Shown here one piece after another: positions 12,471 to 24,204 of a stretch of DNA of 64,000 nt; position 1 is the stretch's first letter; each line of letters begins with the position of its first letter. The notes under the pieces are model-generated. The model worked only from the letters and a program-made list of their open reading frames with translations, did not search any database and was not told where the DNA came from. Made by a program: the position numbers and the translations under genes. Origin of the DNA: Paragordius varius (taxonomy: Eukaryota; Animalia; Nematomorpha). Location: the NCBI GenBank assembly GCA_964247055.1, contig OZ176054.1, forward strand, positions 4,960,001-5,024,000, read 5' to 3'.

Positions 12471-14580
12471 CAGTGGTACTCACCAAAAAAATTTGACGGG
12501 CCAAATAAAACATATTTTTTTTTCGAGGGCCATGAACTTTATAATGGCAAATATTCCATAGCTATTTAACACATACGCACATATTTTTACTCTAAATCAG
12601 CACAATGAATTTTTTGCGGGTCGCATGTAAATCCAGCTAAAAACTCGTTTTGCACCATTTAGTTTTAAAAATAAAAATATTTTGATATTAACCAATAATT
12701 TTTGACAAATTTGGTTTCGCCTCATGGCAGGCCAATCTTAATACGTCGTCCATATGATCATTAGTTAAGCGATTTCGGTATGTATTCTTGATACACTTCA
12801 TTTTTGAATATACCGTCTCACACGTGTAAGTTGATGGATAAACAGTTAAGATAACTTGAGCACATTTTTTTATATTTTCATATTTATTTGGCACAACTTG
12901 ACAAAACTCTACATCTCTTTCTTTTCTACGATTTTCTCTAAATATAGCTTCCAGATTGGAATCATTTTTAAAATCAACGAATTCTCCAATGATAAGCGCC
13001 TGATCAAAACCGAAAAGCTCAAGTTGCTTAATGTTGGATATATCCATTTGTCATGGATTAGTTTTAAGCAATTTTTAATATTTTTTAATTCTTGAAATCT
13101 GAATTTCATCTCATTAGATAAAAATGTTAAATGATTGTGTATTATTAAATTAATCTCCGCGGTAAATTCCATATTTTCTTTATAAATCGTTTTAAGTGTA
13201 GGAAAATGTAGGAGTGTTTTATCTGTAAAATCTTGTTTATATATTATTATTTTTTCTTCAAAAGCAAATATATGATTAGCAAATTGGGTTTTTATTTTGC
13301 TCCCTTGAAGATTTGTATTAAAAGTACTAAGTTTATAAGTAATGTCGCAAAGGTAGGCTAATAAAACCCACCATTTGTCACTATCAATTTCCTCGTCAAA
13401 CTTTTTGTTATCTTTTATAAAAAATAGAATTTCATGTCTTAAATCAAAAAATCTATTCAATACTTTGCTAAGGCTTAGTCATCTCACAGCGGTGTACAAA
13501 AGAATATCATCAACTGTGGATATCTTTCAGAAGGTTTTTGAATTTTCTGCCACGGATGTAGTTTACTATATCCACAGCCGTTTTAATTACTAAATTTAGT
13601 GATTCATCCTTTACACGCGAAACCAAGTTTTGCTGACGAATAAAGCAGTGAAAGGATTTTAAAAGAGGAATAAACCCTTTGTTTATTCCAATCATAGAGG
13701 GACAGCCATCTGTGCAAATCGAAACCAATTTTTTCATAGATATACCATTATTATCGAAAAAAGTGCTAATTATTTCAAGAAAATCACTGCTTTTTGTGGT
13801 ATTATTAATTGGTAAAATTTCAAATATTCCTCGTTGATTATGTTGTCGTTGCAAAATCTCACGAAGAGCGCACATTGAGGTGTTGAACTTATATCAGTGG
13901 TAGAATCGATTGCAATACTGAAGTATTTGCAGTTTTTCAGAGCCAATAATGTATTGTTAAAAATATATTTCTTTCCTCATGATTTTCTGGTAATTTATGA
14001 GAATAATGGATTTTAAAATGTCTTTCACTATTGTATTTTTTTATAATTATGTTGTCCTATACAGGTAGCAACATTGTTATTTACTACAAAAAAATTATTT
14101 TCCCATTATTTTTTAAAGGAGCGATTTTCATTGGATAATTTACGTTTTTTGGCATTAGATGTCATCCTTTAAATTTATGTTTAAATATTATGTAAAAAAT
14201 AGGAATATAAATTGAATTATGCTATAAAAAACAGGTCGAAATTTAATGATGTCGAGTTGAAAAATATTTTATAGGAATGAGTTATAAAAATGATGCAGGA
14301 TAGCAATGAAATGTATGTGCAATGGGTGAAAGCAAAAAAGAAATGCAATAAAAATTTCAAAAAGAAAAGAAAATAGAATATAGAAAAAGAAACAACGTGT
14401 GCCCATAAATCATAAATTTTAAAATCATTTTAATGTAGGAAAATTTTTCTACATTTCAAATCGGGTAAAAAATAAATATTATCAATTAAAAAAAATTTAA
14501 GTATCAATATGGTCATAGGGGAATTTTAAAGCACACTTATGGCCGTATGCGGTCCGCGGGCCGCGGTTTGAGTATCACTG
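12471..14580 (-). mobile_element. Degenerate Buster-type hAT transposon (SPIN/GTF2IRD2-like transposase) in a Kelch intron
   Basis: TIR CAGTG(G/A)TACTCA and perfect 8-bp TSD ctttagaa (central TA). Frameshifted transposase with CTDGCPSMIG, HCFIRQQ, VR*LS, W..LAYLCDI..KL..FN..LQG and PSTYTCETVYSKMKCIK..RNRL (hATC). Confidence 0.95.
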
Positions 14581-14923
14581 CTTTAGAAACTTGGAGAATC
14601 ATTGTAAAAGAAATTATATTTTACAGGTAAAAACTAGTGCTCTTTCATACTTTTTGTGCGTCATATCAAACACTTCAACGTTTTTTGTCATTTTAGCCCT
14701 ATCATCCTGACTTGATTTGACTATTCCCCCTGAAATCCATATTTGATTTTCATGAACACATGCTGCTAAAGCCATATTACAGTCTGGTATAGATTCTATG
14801 CATTTTCATTCCTTTTTCAACAAATCATAGCTTTCAACCAAATCTAGTTGACTTTAAATTTTACAAAAATTAAAAATGAAACTCTAGAATTATAAAAAAA
14901 TGGATAGGAAAACAAACCCGCAG

Positions 14924-14926
<3 letters not shown>

Positions 14927-14960
<34 letters not shown>
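14927..14960. repeat. (TA)n microsatellite (others at ~28840-28858, 30737-30799, 31480-31511, 41744-41767, 45066-45094, 62514-62540)
   Basis: Direct reading of the sequence. Confidence 0.95.
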
Positions 14961-14964
<4 letters not shown>

Positions 14965-15308
14965 TTCATAAAATAATTTAAAATGATTGATAATGTAACA
15001 GAGTTACTGATTTACGTTTAATTTATACGAGACGTCTGTAGTACTAAACTAATTTTTTCCTATATATATTTTGAATGATTGATACTTGAATTTACAAATA
15101 TAACTTATATTCAGAATCAGCTCCCCCAAGCACATATATTTTCCCATTATGAACGAGCATTAGATGGTCGTATCGTTCTTTCGTCATATTTTGCAATTTA
15201 ATCCATTTTCTATGTTGGAATTTATGCAATTCATTTGAGGTTTTGTCGTTCGGGAGAGTGCCTTCTAAAATAAAATAAAATTTCTGGTATACAGTAAAAA
15301 TAGATATA

Positions 15309-15535
15309 CGGACAAAACTTAATATAAAGACATTTTTTTCAAAAGACAACCATACTTTTCCTAACCATAATTTTTCCCTTATAAACTATTTATTTACTAT
15401 ATAATTGATTGTGTTACAGTTTAATTACTATTTCATAGTTTACAGTTTCGATGAGTTATATTAAAAAAATTAATATATAAAAGGTATGGTTGTCTTTTGG
15501 AACAAAATATTTGTCTTTATATTTTGTTCTGTCCG
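15309..15535. mobile_element. Small TA-flanked MITE (~230 bp; ~55-bp imperfect inverted arms)
   Basis: TA|CGGACA..aagacaaccatac versus gtatggttgtctt..TGTCCG|TA. Same element in copy C at ~62892-63120. Confidence 0.65.
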
Positions 15536-18175
15536 TATTTTAATTTTAACTGTATTTTTACAGTATTCACTTCTATATTTAACATAAAAATATTGGAAAG
15601 TTTTTAATTATGCTAGATATAGATCCGTTTGGATTTACAAGCACAAGCTCAGAGAAACTTAGATCAAATTGAACATATATTTTACAACGTTTTGCTCAAA
15701 TTATATGCATTACATTTCATGAAGTCAATAAATATTTAATAAAATGGCTATACCAGAAATATATATAATATTGTCAATTACACAGGCTGCATGGTGGCAA
15801 AGTGGATACGATAATTCAAATCCAAATTTTGACCAAACACTGGATGCAGGATTAAATAAAAAACATTTCTTTCGCAAATCACTTTCGATCAAGGTATCGC
15901 CCGATGTCCCGCCAATACTTAGGATGTATTCTTTAGCCTAAAATACAATATTTAATATATTCTTAGCATGGTTATTATTTATTATCGCCTTCATTGGTAG
16001 AAAATTGTGATTAAATAAATTACGTTAAACAAGCTTGAACTTTTTTTCATGCATATAAGACATTGTTTGGATATCTCAGCATGTGGCGATTTTCAAGGAG
16101 GTGGTATTTCAAAAAATACTTTATCCAATTGACCGTTTTCTTTACATGTGTGATACCTAATTAAATTATATAGTATCAACCAATTTACAGCTCCATAATT
16201 GGTTTCATATTTACAATTCATAATTCCAATAAATTTGCTATATTTAAACAAATGAGATTTAAAGTTTGTTTATTTTTAAAGCTATACTAATTGAAAAAAT
16301 TGTGTCTTGTCAAAACATATTGTGAATATATTATTTTATATTTAGTAAACAAGTTATTTGTATCCCGCCAAAAATTTCAAATACCTTTTATTATGACTAC
16401 TTCTTTAAACCAGCTAATACAAATCGCTTTGTGGGCCGCATTTTCGCTTCATAAAATCTGATGTGTCGCATTCGTCAAATATATTTAGGCATTAATCAAA
16501 TTTTTATTAAATTTCAAACATACATAAAATGTACAGTAAGGAAACTTAATTAAATTGGTAAAACTTTGTATTTGAGAACCCGCGGGTTTTGGAGGGTCGC
16601 ATGTTACATACCTCTGCTCTAAACTATGCATAAATTCAAAAGTAAAATATTTTGATTCAATATTTGTTTATGTAAAAAAACTTAAAGGGATTGGAGTACC
16701 AAAATGCCTTGTGAAAATGATGTGCACAAAATGGACTCAATCCCAAGTATTCTTTCCCATCTTCTAATGCCGATAGCAAATCCGGAACATCAATATAAAC
16801 CATACGGACACGTTCAAATATCTCATTACTGAATTTCATTCGTCCTTCTTTGTCAGCATGAATCCATCGAATAGCTGCTCTTAAAACATCTACCTATTGA
16901 ATAAAATATTTTAGATTTTTCAAATTTGGATATTGACTTCATATTATTAAACCAGCACGGCCTAATCCAAACAATAACTTTTAACGGGTGTAAAAATATT
17001 ATTTACTTACCAAAAATTAAAAAACCTAGGCCAAATAGGTCCGGATTTTACATAGGAAAGTTTGAACCAGAATCAATTATATATAATATATTATTTTAAA
17101 ATTCAATTAATTGGCTTTACGGTAAAATATCATCAGTTTAATTTAGTGTATGTTATGGATTTTACTTAACACTTTGATACAAATAAAAGTATCTAAATAC
17201 CCTAGACTATATATAAGTGATATTTTAACAAACTAGTGAAAGAAACGGTTTTAATTTAAATTTAAACTTCTATCCTAATAAATAATAAAATAAGTCGAAA
17301 TATTAAAATAAAATTTAGCTTTAAAAAAAACGTCTCATATTAAATTACTTCGACGCAATTTTACAACTTTTTTGGAAACTATCGTGTTTATTTAATTTTT
17401 ATATTAAAGCTATTTTATTTAAATCACATCAAACATTGAGAAAGAGAAAAAGTAGTTTATTTTGTGTTATTTTAAAATTAAACTAATTGATGCACACATG
17501 TAATGTAGACTAAAATTTAACTTTGGGTATTATTTTAAAATAAGTTATATTAAGTATATTTGAATAATTTATTTTGTATTTCCGTTTATTAATGTTATAT
17601 AAATGCAAACTTTTGTAATGGTTACAATTTATTCCATATTTTTTGAACTATTTATTTTTAAACAGGCTTGAGGTATCTAACGACCCCATTTGAATCGAAG
17701 GATTGAAATAAATTTGTTGTACACAAGAGTTTAAAGAAATTAATAAATACCTCTTTGTCCACAGATAAATAATCATTTTCAATTTTTTTATGGTGGACGC
17801 GACTAGCTCAATGAAAGTTTTACTACATACCAAATCAATAAATTTTTCCGTTAAAATTCTTTGATATTTATCATCAAGAACTGTGAGAGCCGGTACTTTT
17901 TTTGTCCAATGCTTTACATATATCATCCATTGGTGTTTATATAACATAAATTAGAACATAACTTCACATGATTAAAAAATTAATATTAAAAAAATTTTAT
18001 GATTTAAACAGGACCATTTTGCTTGGATAGCAGCGAAATTCTTCAGATACCCTGTAATGATATTAAATATGAATACCGGGCTCATTATCCGGATGAAAAA
18101 AGATGAAGGTGAGTTTTGTTTTTACAGTATGTTTGTAATTTAATTATTAAAACATATATCGGAGCTAATAATATA

Positions 18176-18917
18176 CCATTTGCATTTCAAGAGTGTCCTT
18201 GACTTCAAGTTGGTCCTTGAACACTTCGAGTTGGTCCTTAAACAGTTCAAGTTGGTTCTTGATCATTTCAAGTTGGGCCTTAAACAGTTCAAGTTGGTCC
18301 TTGAATATTTCAAGTTGGTTCTTGAACATTTCAAGTTGGTCCTTGAACATTTCAAGTTGGTCTTTGAACATTTCAAGTTAGTCCTTAACCAGTTCAAGTT
18401 GGTCCTTGAATAATTCAAATTGGTCCTTAAAATTTTGATTTAACCATAATTTTTGCATTATTTTTTATTTTATTATTTATTAACCTAATTTTCTTTATTT
18501 ATTATGTATTTAATCATTTAAAAATAAAATTTTTTATTGAATCACTTTTTTGTTTCTAAGTATTTATTTTCAATTAAACAAAACTATTAACTTTTAAATG
18601 TTTATTGTAATTAATAACCCAGAAAACTTATATATTTTTTCATTTCGTGTTAAAATCTTGTAAATATCCAAAATTATTTTAAGAAATTAATAAAGATATA
18701 CAATTTCTCAAAGAAAAAAGTTGATATCGATTTAAAATTTATGTTAAATAATAGAAAATATGTTAAAAACAATCAAATAGATTATTTACGATATGATTGA
18801 TAAAAGTTAAAAACAAAACAAAAAAGTCAAAGGACAAACTTGAACTGTTCAAGGACCAACTTGAAATGTTCAAGGATCAACTTGAAGTGTTCAAGGACAC
18901 TTTTGAAGTGCAAATGG
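18176..18917. mobile_element. Foldback-like MITE with palindromic 21-bp tandem subrepeats, copy 1 (742 bp)
   Basis: TA|CCATTTGCA(T/C)TTCAA..TTGAAGTGCAAATGG|TA termini. 11 units of ttcaagttggtccttgaacan on the left and ~3 inverted units on the right. Confidence 0.9.
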
Positions 18918-19110
18918 TATAATATATATTTAATTCATTAATTATTTGGTTTAGTCAACAATATAATCTTCAATATTTAACTATTCATTACCTTTTTACG
19001 TCCTCATTTTGGGTAGTTTTATATCCCACCCGATTTTGTATATAAAATACAGTTTTGAAAGTTATTTTAGTTAAAATTTAATTATCAGACACTGTTCTCA
19101 TGTACTAGAT

Positions 19111-21041
19111 CAGGGCTTCTTAAACTATGGGTCGCGACTAGGGTTGTGCTGACCTGGTCTTGACTACTTATTTTTTAACCACGGTCATTAAAAAAACAGC
19201 TGTTTTTTTCAACAATTGCTAGTATTTTTTTTTAGAAGAGAGTAAGATTTTATTATTTAATATATTTTTTAAAAAATAAAAATTAAATATTTAAATATGC
19301 CTTAACAATACAATAAAAATTGTTAAACATGCATCGTTATAACATTTGCATTTAAGCAATTTTAGTTATTTCCAAAAACAAAACAATCAGGCACTTTACA
19401 AAACATGCAATTATTATATAAGTGAACCAATAAAATGAAAAACCCTATAATTTAATATTTTATGAAAGAAAATGTAAAACAAACTAGGTAAAATTTTATT
19501 TGAATCCAGTATTAAAAGCTATGTTTTGAAGATTCGGAAGGCCACAAACATGTGGCAAAATTCATTTAAAAACAAATTTCTTGATTATATTTGATTGAAA
19601 ATATTTGTAAGTAAATATTAAAAAAATTGTATAATACAAACCTTTAAGAAAAACATGACATTATTAGTGAAACGCAAATGTAATTCGAATATTATTTTGA
19701 CAATCCAATATCGCATGATACTTACTTAAGTAAAAGGTGGTCATGACCGTGGTCATGTCCATGGTCTGACTGGATCTACCGGACATTTTTGAAAAAGCCG
19801 TCAAATGCTTAACCCTAGTCGCGATCCCATTTGGGGTCGCGAGTGATAAAAATATAATTATACAATAAATGTTTTTTAACTTGTAAAATATATATTTAAA
19901 GAAAAATAACAATCATCGTAGATAATAAAACCGAATAATTCTGAAAAATATTATCAAAAAATTTGTTATTGTTATTTCGAAGAAACTATATAAACATTTA
20001 GTGTTATTTTCATTTAGCCATTGTATGATTGTGAAGAAGAGCATGTTATTCCGTATTAGTCAGTTTAAAAAAATTACCATTTATACTCGTATATTGTTGG
20101 ATTTACCACCAGCCAGTTTAAATAAATTTATTTATATCGATGAAAGTATTAGTGTTATAAAACACAAATTGCCAAGGCATTTAACGATTTTTAAAGATTT
20201 TATGTTTATTATTGTGTTTTTAATAAATTTTAAATATTTCTCAAGTTTTATAACAATTATCATCAACTACATAATTTTTCCTCACATAACAAACAGGTAT
20301 TTATAGTATTAAATTATTGAAAAATGTGTTTGCTGCTTTTTTTCAAAATGACTTGTGGCTTATCCAAGCTGTGTTATTTGTCAGATGTTTTGCGAAGTTA
20401 AACGATTTTAACTAGTCTCTTCAAGGAAAAAATAGAAATATAATTACCTCAAACGATAAAATTAAAAGTTTTATTCAAAATATCAGTATTTGGAAAAGTA
20501 GGGTCGAAAATTCGATTGTTTTTCAGTGTAGACAATTTTGTAATTGAGAAAATTCAATGTAAACTTTAATTGCAAAAACTATTCACTTAAAAGCGCTAGA
20601 AAAACAGTTCCGGACATATTTTATTTTAAGTATTGATAAAAGCCGTTTTGGTTCCATACATATTATATTCAAATATTGATAAAAGTCGTTTTGGATTGGA
20701 TTAAGAGAGATTGATCATCTGCCACAAGCTCAAGAGGAATTTGCTGATTATTCGTGTGATTCAACCTTAAAATTAAAATTCCAAAAAAAGCCCTTGACTG
20801 AATTCTGGATCAGAACTAGAACTGAATTATCCACAATATCTGATATGGCGCTAAATGTACTTCTGCCATTCAACACCACATGTTTATGGGAAGTTACTTT
20901 CTCAGCTTAAACACTCATTAAATCTTAATATCGTTCAGCGATAAAAAATATTGAAGAGGTCTTACGTCCAGCAGTTTCATACATTACACTAAGATTTCAT
21001 TTGTTATGCAATAAAAAACAGGCTCATCTCCATCTCATTAA
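19111..21041 (+). mobile_element. Second Buster-type hAT relic (FAM200/ZBED8/SCAND3-like transposase C-terminus); right end not found
   Basis: Left terminus CAGGGCTTCTTAAACT with GGGTCGCGA subterminal motifs. 20330-21041 encodes decayed SLQG..DKIKSF..W and EFW..ALNVLLPFNTT..E.TFSA..IKS.YR..LR.AVS..KKQAH. Confidence 0.8.
19139..19817. mobile_element. TAGGGTT-TIR hAT MITE (same family as 10083-10598, opposite orientation) nested in the end of the Buster relic
   Basis: TAGGGTTGTGCTGACC..GTCAAATGCTTAACCCTA with TSD gtcgcgac/gtcgcgat (7/8 match). Confidence 0.85.
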
Positions 21042-21400
21042 ATTTTTAACGTAACTCTAATTTAATATTTGCTGTAATAACATTTTTGATTTTGTACTAA
21101 TTGATTTACCTATCTAGAAGTTTAAAATACATAATGAGTAAAATTCGTTTAATTTTATTGTATCAACTATTAGCCGTAATTATATTCATTGAAAATAGTT
21201 GTTTAAATGAAATCAAAGGTAAACTATTTACTTTTCCAGACTTAGTTTGCATAATACGCAGGCAATATTGGTTAATTGATAAAATAACAAAAATGTTGCT
21301 AACTATATTATATATATGCATGTAAAATTTTTATCAATTTCTTCTACTGTATGTTGAAAATATGTTAATAATTCTTAGATTTGCTCTCAAACATTTACAC

Positions 21401-23851
21401 CAGTGATACTCAAACCGCGGCCCGCGGGCCGCATGCGGCCCTAAGAGTGCTTTAAAATTGCCCTATGACCATATCGATACTTACATTTTATTAACACATA
21501 AACGAATTTTCGATATTTTAATATTAATTTATTTTCTTTAGAAATTTTGGTAGTTTTTATTTTTTACCCAATTCGAAATGTAAAAAATTTTCCTACATTA
21601 AAATAATTTCAAATTTTTGGCACACGTTGCTTCTGTGTCTGTATTCTATTTTCTTTTCTATTTTGAAATTTTTATTGCAATCCTTTTTTGTATTTAAGCA
21701 AGCCTTTCACTTAAACTTGCATATACATATTCTTTTCATAGCTCTCCCGCCTCATTTTTTATAACTCTTTCCCATAAATTATTTTTCAAATAAACATCAT
21801 TAAATTTCAACTTGTTTTTTTATAGCGTAATATTTTTTTAAAAAATTTACATAATATTTAAACATAAATTCAAAGGATGACATCTAATGCTAAAAAACGT
21901 AAATTATCCGATGAATATCGCCCTTTAAAAAGAATGGGAAGATGAATTCTTTGTCGTTTAAAATATAAATGTTGTTACCTGCCTTATATGTAAGGAGAAC
22001 ATAATTATAAAAAAATACAATATTGAAAGAATTTTACAATCCATTTTTCTCATAAATTACCAGAAAATCTTGTAGAAAAACGAAAAATATAAAAAGATTA
22101 AGGAATTAAACCAGAAAGGATAATCTATTATGTCCATAGCTTTCTCCCAGGAAAAAGTTGTATAATTAGCTTCGTATGAAATTTGTTATATTTTAGGAAA
22201 AAATATGAAACCGTTTGTTGATTGCCAACTAAAAGAATGTCTAATAAATGGTTGCACTTTTTTATTTGATAAATTCCATATAAAGATCAAATCATGAGGC
22301 AAATTAAAAACTTCAACTTTCTGCAACATGTGCTCGACGCATTGAAGATATGTCTAAATATATTTTTAACAATACAATATTGGCTTTGAAAAACAGCAAA
22401 TATTTTGGTAATGCTATTGATTCTAGCACTGATATTAGTACAACACCTCAATGTGCGCTCTTCGTAAGATTTTGCAACGACAACATAATCAACGAATATT
22501 TAAAATTTTTACCAATAAATAATACCACGAAAGGAAGTAATTTTCTCGAAATAATTAACACCTTTTTCGATAATAAGGATATATCTATGAAAAAATGGTG
22601 TCAATCTGCACAGATGGCTGTCCCTCTATGATTGGAATAACCAAAGGATTTATTCCTCTTTTGTAAAACAAATATAATTTACAAAATATTTTATCCTTTC
22701 ACTGCTTTATTCATCAAACTTGGTTTCGCGTGTAAAAGATGAATCACTCAATTCAGTAACGGTTGTGGATATAGTTAACCGCATCCGTGGCAGAGAATTC
22801 AACCGCTGTAAATTCAAAAACCTCCTGAAAGATATCGACAGTGAGTTTAATTATATTCTTTTGTACACCGCTGTGAGATGGCTATAGCAAAGTATTAAAT
22901 AGATTTTTTGTTTTAAGACATGAAATTCTATTATTTATAAAAGATAACAGAAAGTTTGACGAGGAAATTAGTAACATATGGTAGGTTTTATTAGCCTACC
23001 TTTGAAACATTACTTATAAACTTTTTTAATACGTCGTCCAGGAAGCAAAATAATAACCCAAATTGTTAATGTAATATCTTTTAAAAATTAATAATATAAA
23101 CTAGATTTTATAAATTAAACACTCCTATATTTTCCAACACTTAAAACGATTCATAAAAAATATATGGAATTTACCGCGGAGATTAATTTAATAATAGATC
23201 ATCTAACATTTTTATCTAATGAGATATAATTTAGATTTCAAAAATTAAATTATATTAAAAATTGCTTAAAACTCGTGGAAAATCCATGGCATATGGATAT
23301 ATTAAATATTAAACAACTTGAGAGCATTTCGGTTTTGATCAGGCGCATATCATTGAAGACTTCGTAGGTTTAAAAATTCCAATTTGGATATTCAAAGAGA
23401 ATCATTGAGAAGAAAGATATGTAGAGTTTTGGCAGGATGTGCCAAATAAATATGAAAATATATAAAAATGTGCCCAAGTTATCCTAACTCTTTTTCACGT
23501 GTGAGACGTCATATTCAAAAATAAAATATACATACAGAAACCGCAACCGATGATCATATGGACGTATTAAGATTGGCCTGTCATGAGGTGAAACCAAATT
23601 TGTCAAAAATATTTGTTAATATCGAAATAAAAATTGTTATCAAAATATTTTAATTTTTTAAACAAAATGGTAAACCAGATTTTAGCTGGATTTACATGCG
23701 ATCCGCAAAAAATTCATTGTGCTGACTTAGAGTATAAATATCTGCATATGTGTTAAATAGCTATAGAATATATGCCATTATAAGGTTCATGGCCCTCGAA
23801 AAAAAAATATATTTTATTTGCCCCGTCAAATTTTTTTGGTGAGTACCACTG
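21401..23851 (+). mobile_element. Longer, more decayed copy of the CAGTGATACTCA Buster hAT family (2451 bp)
   Basis: Both TIRs present. Transposase fragments: YFGNAIDSSTDISTTPQCALFVRF, CTDG, and hATC remnants. Flanks atttacac/gtataaac match 5/8. Confidence 0.9.
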
Positions 23852-24204
23852 GTATAAACTGAGGGAGCTATGTTTTCCTTTTATATTGGTTTCGCTCTGA
23901 ATTTTTATTTTTTAATATAAACCTGCAAGTACACTAGCTGCCGAGCAAAGAGAAATAATGGGTTATCGTTGATATTCATAATTTTTTAAAATAACTCTAG
24001 ATTTATGATTTATTTCTTTATATATATATAGAGATTAAATGGACATCTTGGGTTAAGTTTATATTTTAAGTGCATGTAAAAAACCCCTAGAAAATGAAAC
24101 AAATATCAAACTTGGTTATCATAAATTAAATGCGCATGTTGTAGGTAAAATGTTCAAGAATAATATTTTGCAACATCTTAATTATAAATTAAAAATTCTT
24201 ACAA

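Larger units (their letters stand above)
11325..17950 (-). pseudogene. BACK-Kelch (KLHL-family) pseudogene, copy A; BTB exon(s) not found
   Basis: Exons: ~17950-17751 (..KFIDLVCSKTFIEL..ENDYLSVDKE, 1-nt frameshift in an A run), 16893-16700 (VDVLRAAIRWIHADKEGR..ERVRM, BACK), 16156-16024, 15937-15754 (YILSIGG..CHHAACVIDNIIYIS), 15264-15105 (..HNGKIYVLGG), 14851-14651 (..HENQIWISGG), 11769-11558 (..NGKLYVIGG), 11486-11325 (KRIYIMGG..SCECLDPENQKF..stop). Splice phases are consistent. In-frame TGA at 16093-16095 and 14806-14808; frameshifts in the last exon. Confidence 0.92.

Noticed and set aside
12856-13593. Plus-strand ORFs over the hAT copies, and plus-strand ORFs at 38476-41302 over the Gypsy
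   Set aside because: Antisense shadows of transposase and pol frames with no independent features.
14806-16095. UGA recoding (the in-frame Kelch stops found are TGA, one at a conserved Trp)
   Set aside because: Trp is TGG elsewhere. Two TGAs correspond to CGA and TCA in the sister copy. Frameshifts co-occur, so ordinary nonsense mutation suffices.
16415-16616. hAT end remnant (RC CAGAGGTATGTAACATGCGACCC at 16616)
   Set aside because: Only one terminus is recognisable and there is no TSD, so it is too decayed to call as an element.
18165-18413. Heptad coiled-coil ORFs (MFKDQLE)n / (LVLEHFK)n, also at 30719-31053
   Set aside because: Artefact of a stop-free 21-bp repeat. Open in several frames on both strands and confined to MITE arms.
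18205-18435. CRISPR-like array or heat-shock-element array
   Set aside because: Units abut with no unique spacers, there are no cas genes, and the context is eukaryotic. GAA/TTC spacing is 3 nt, not the 2 nt of HSEs.
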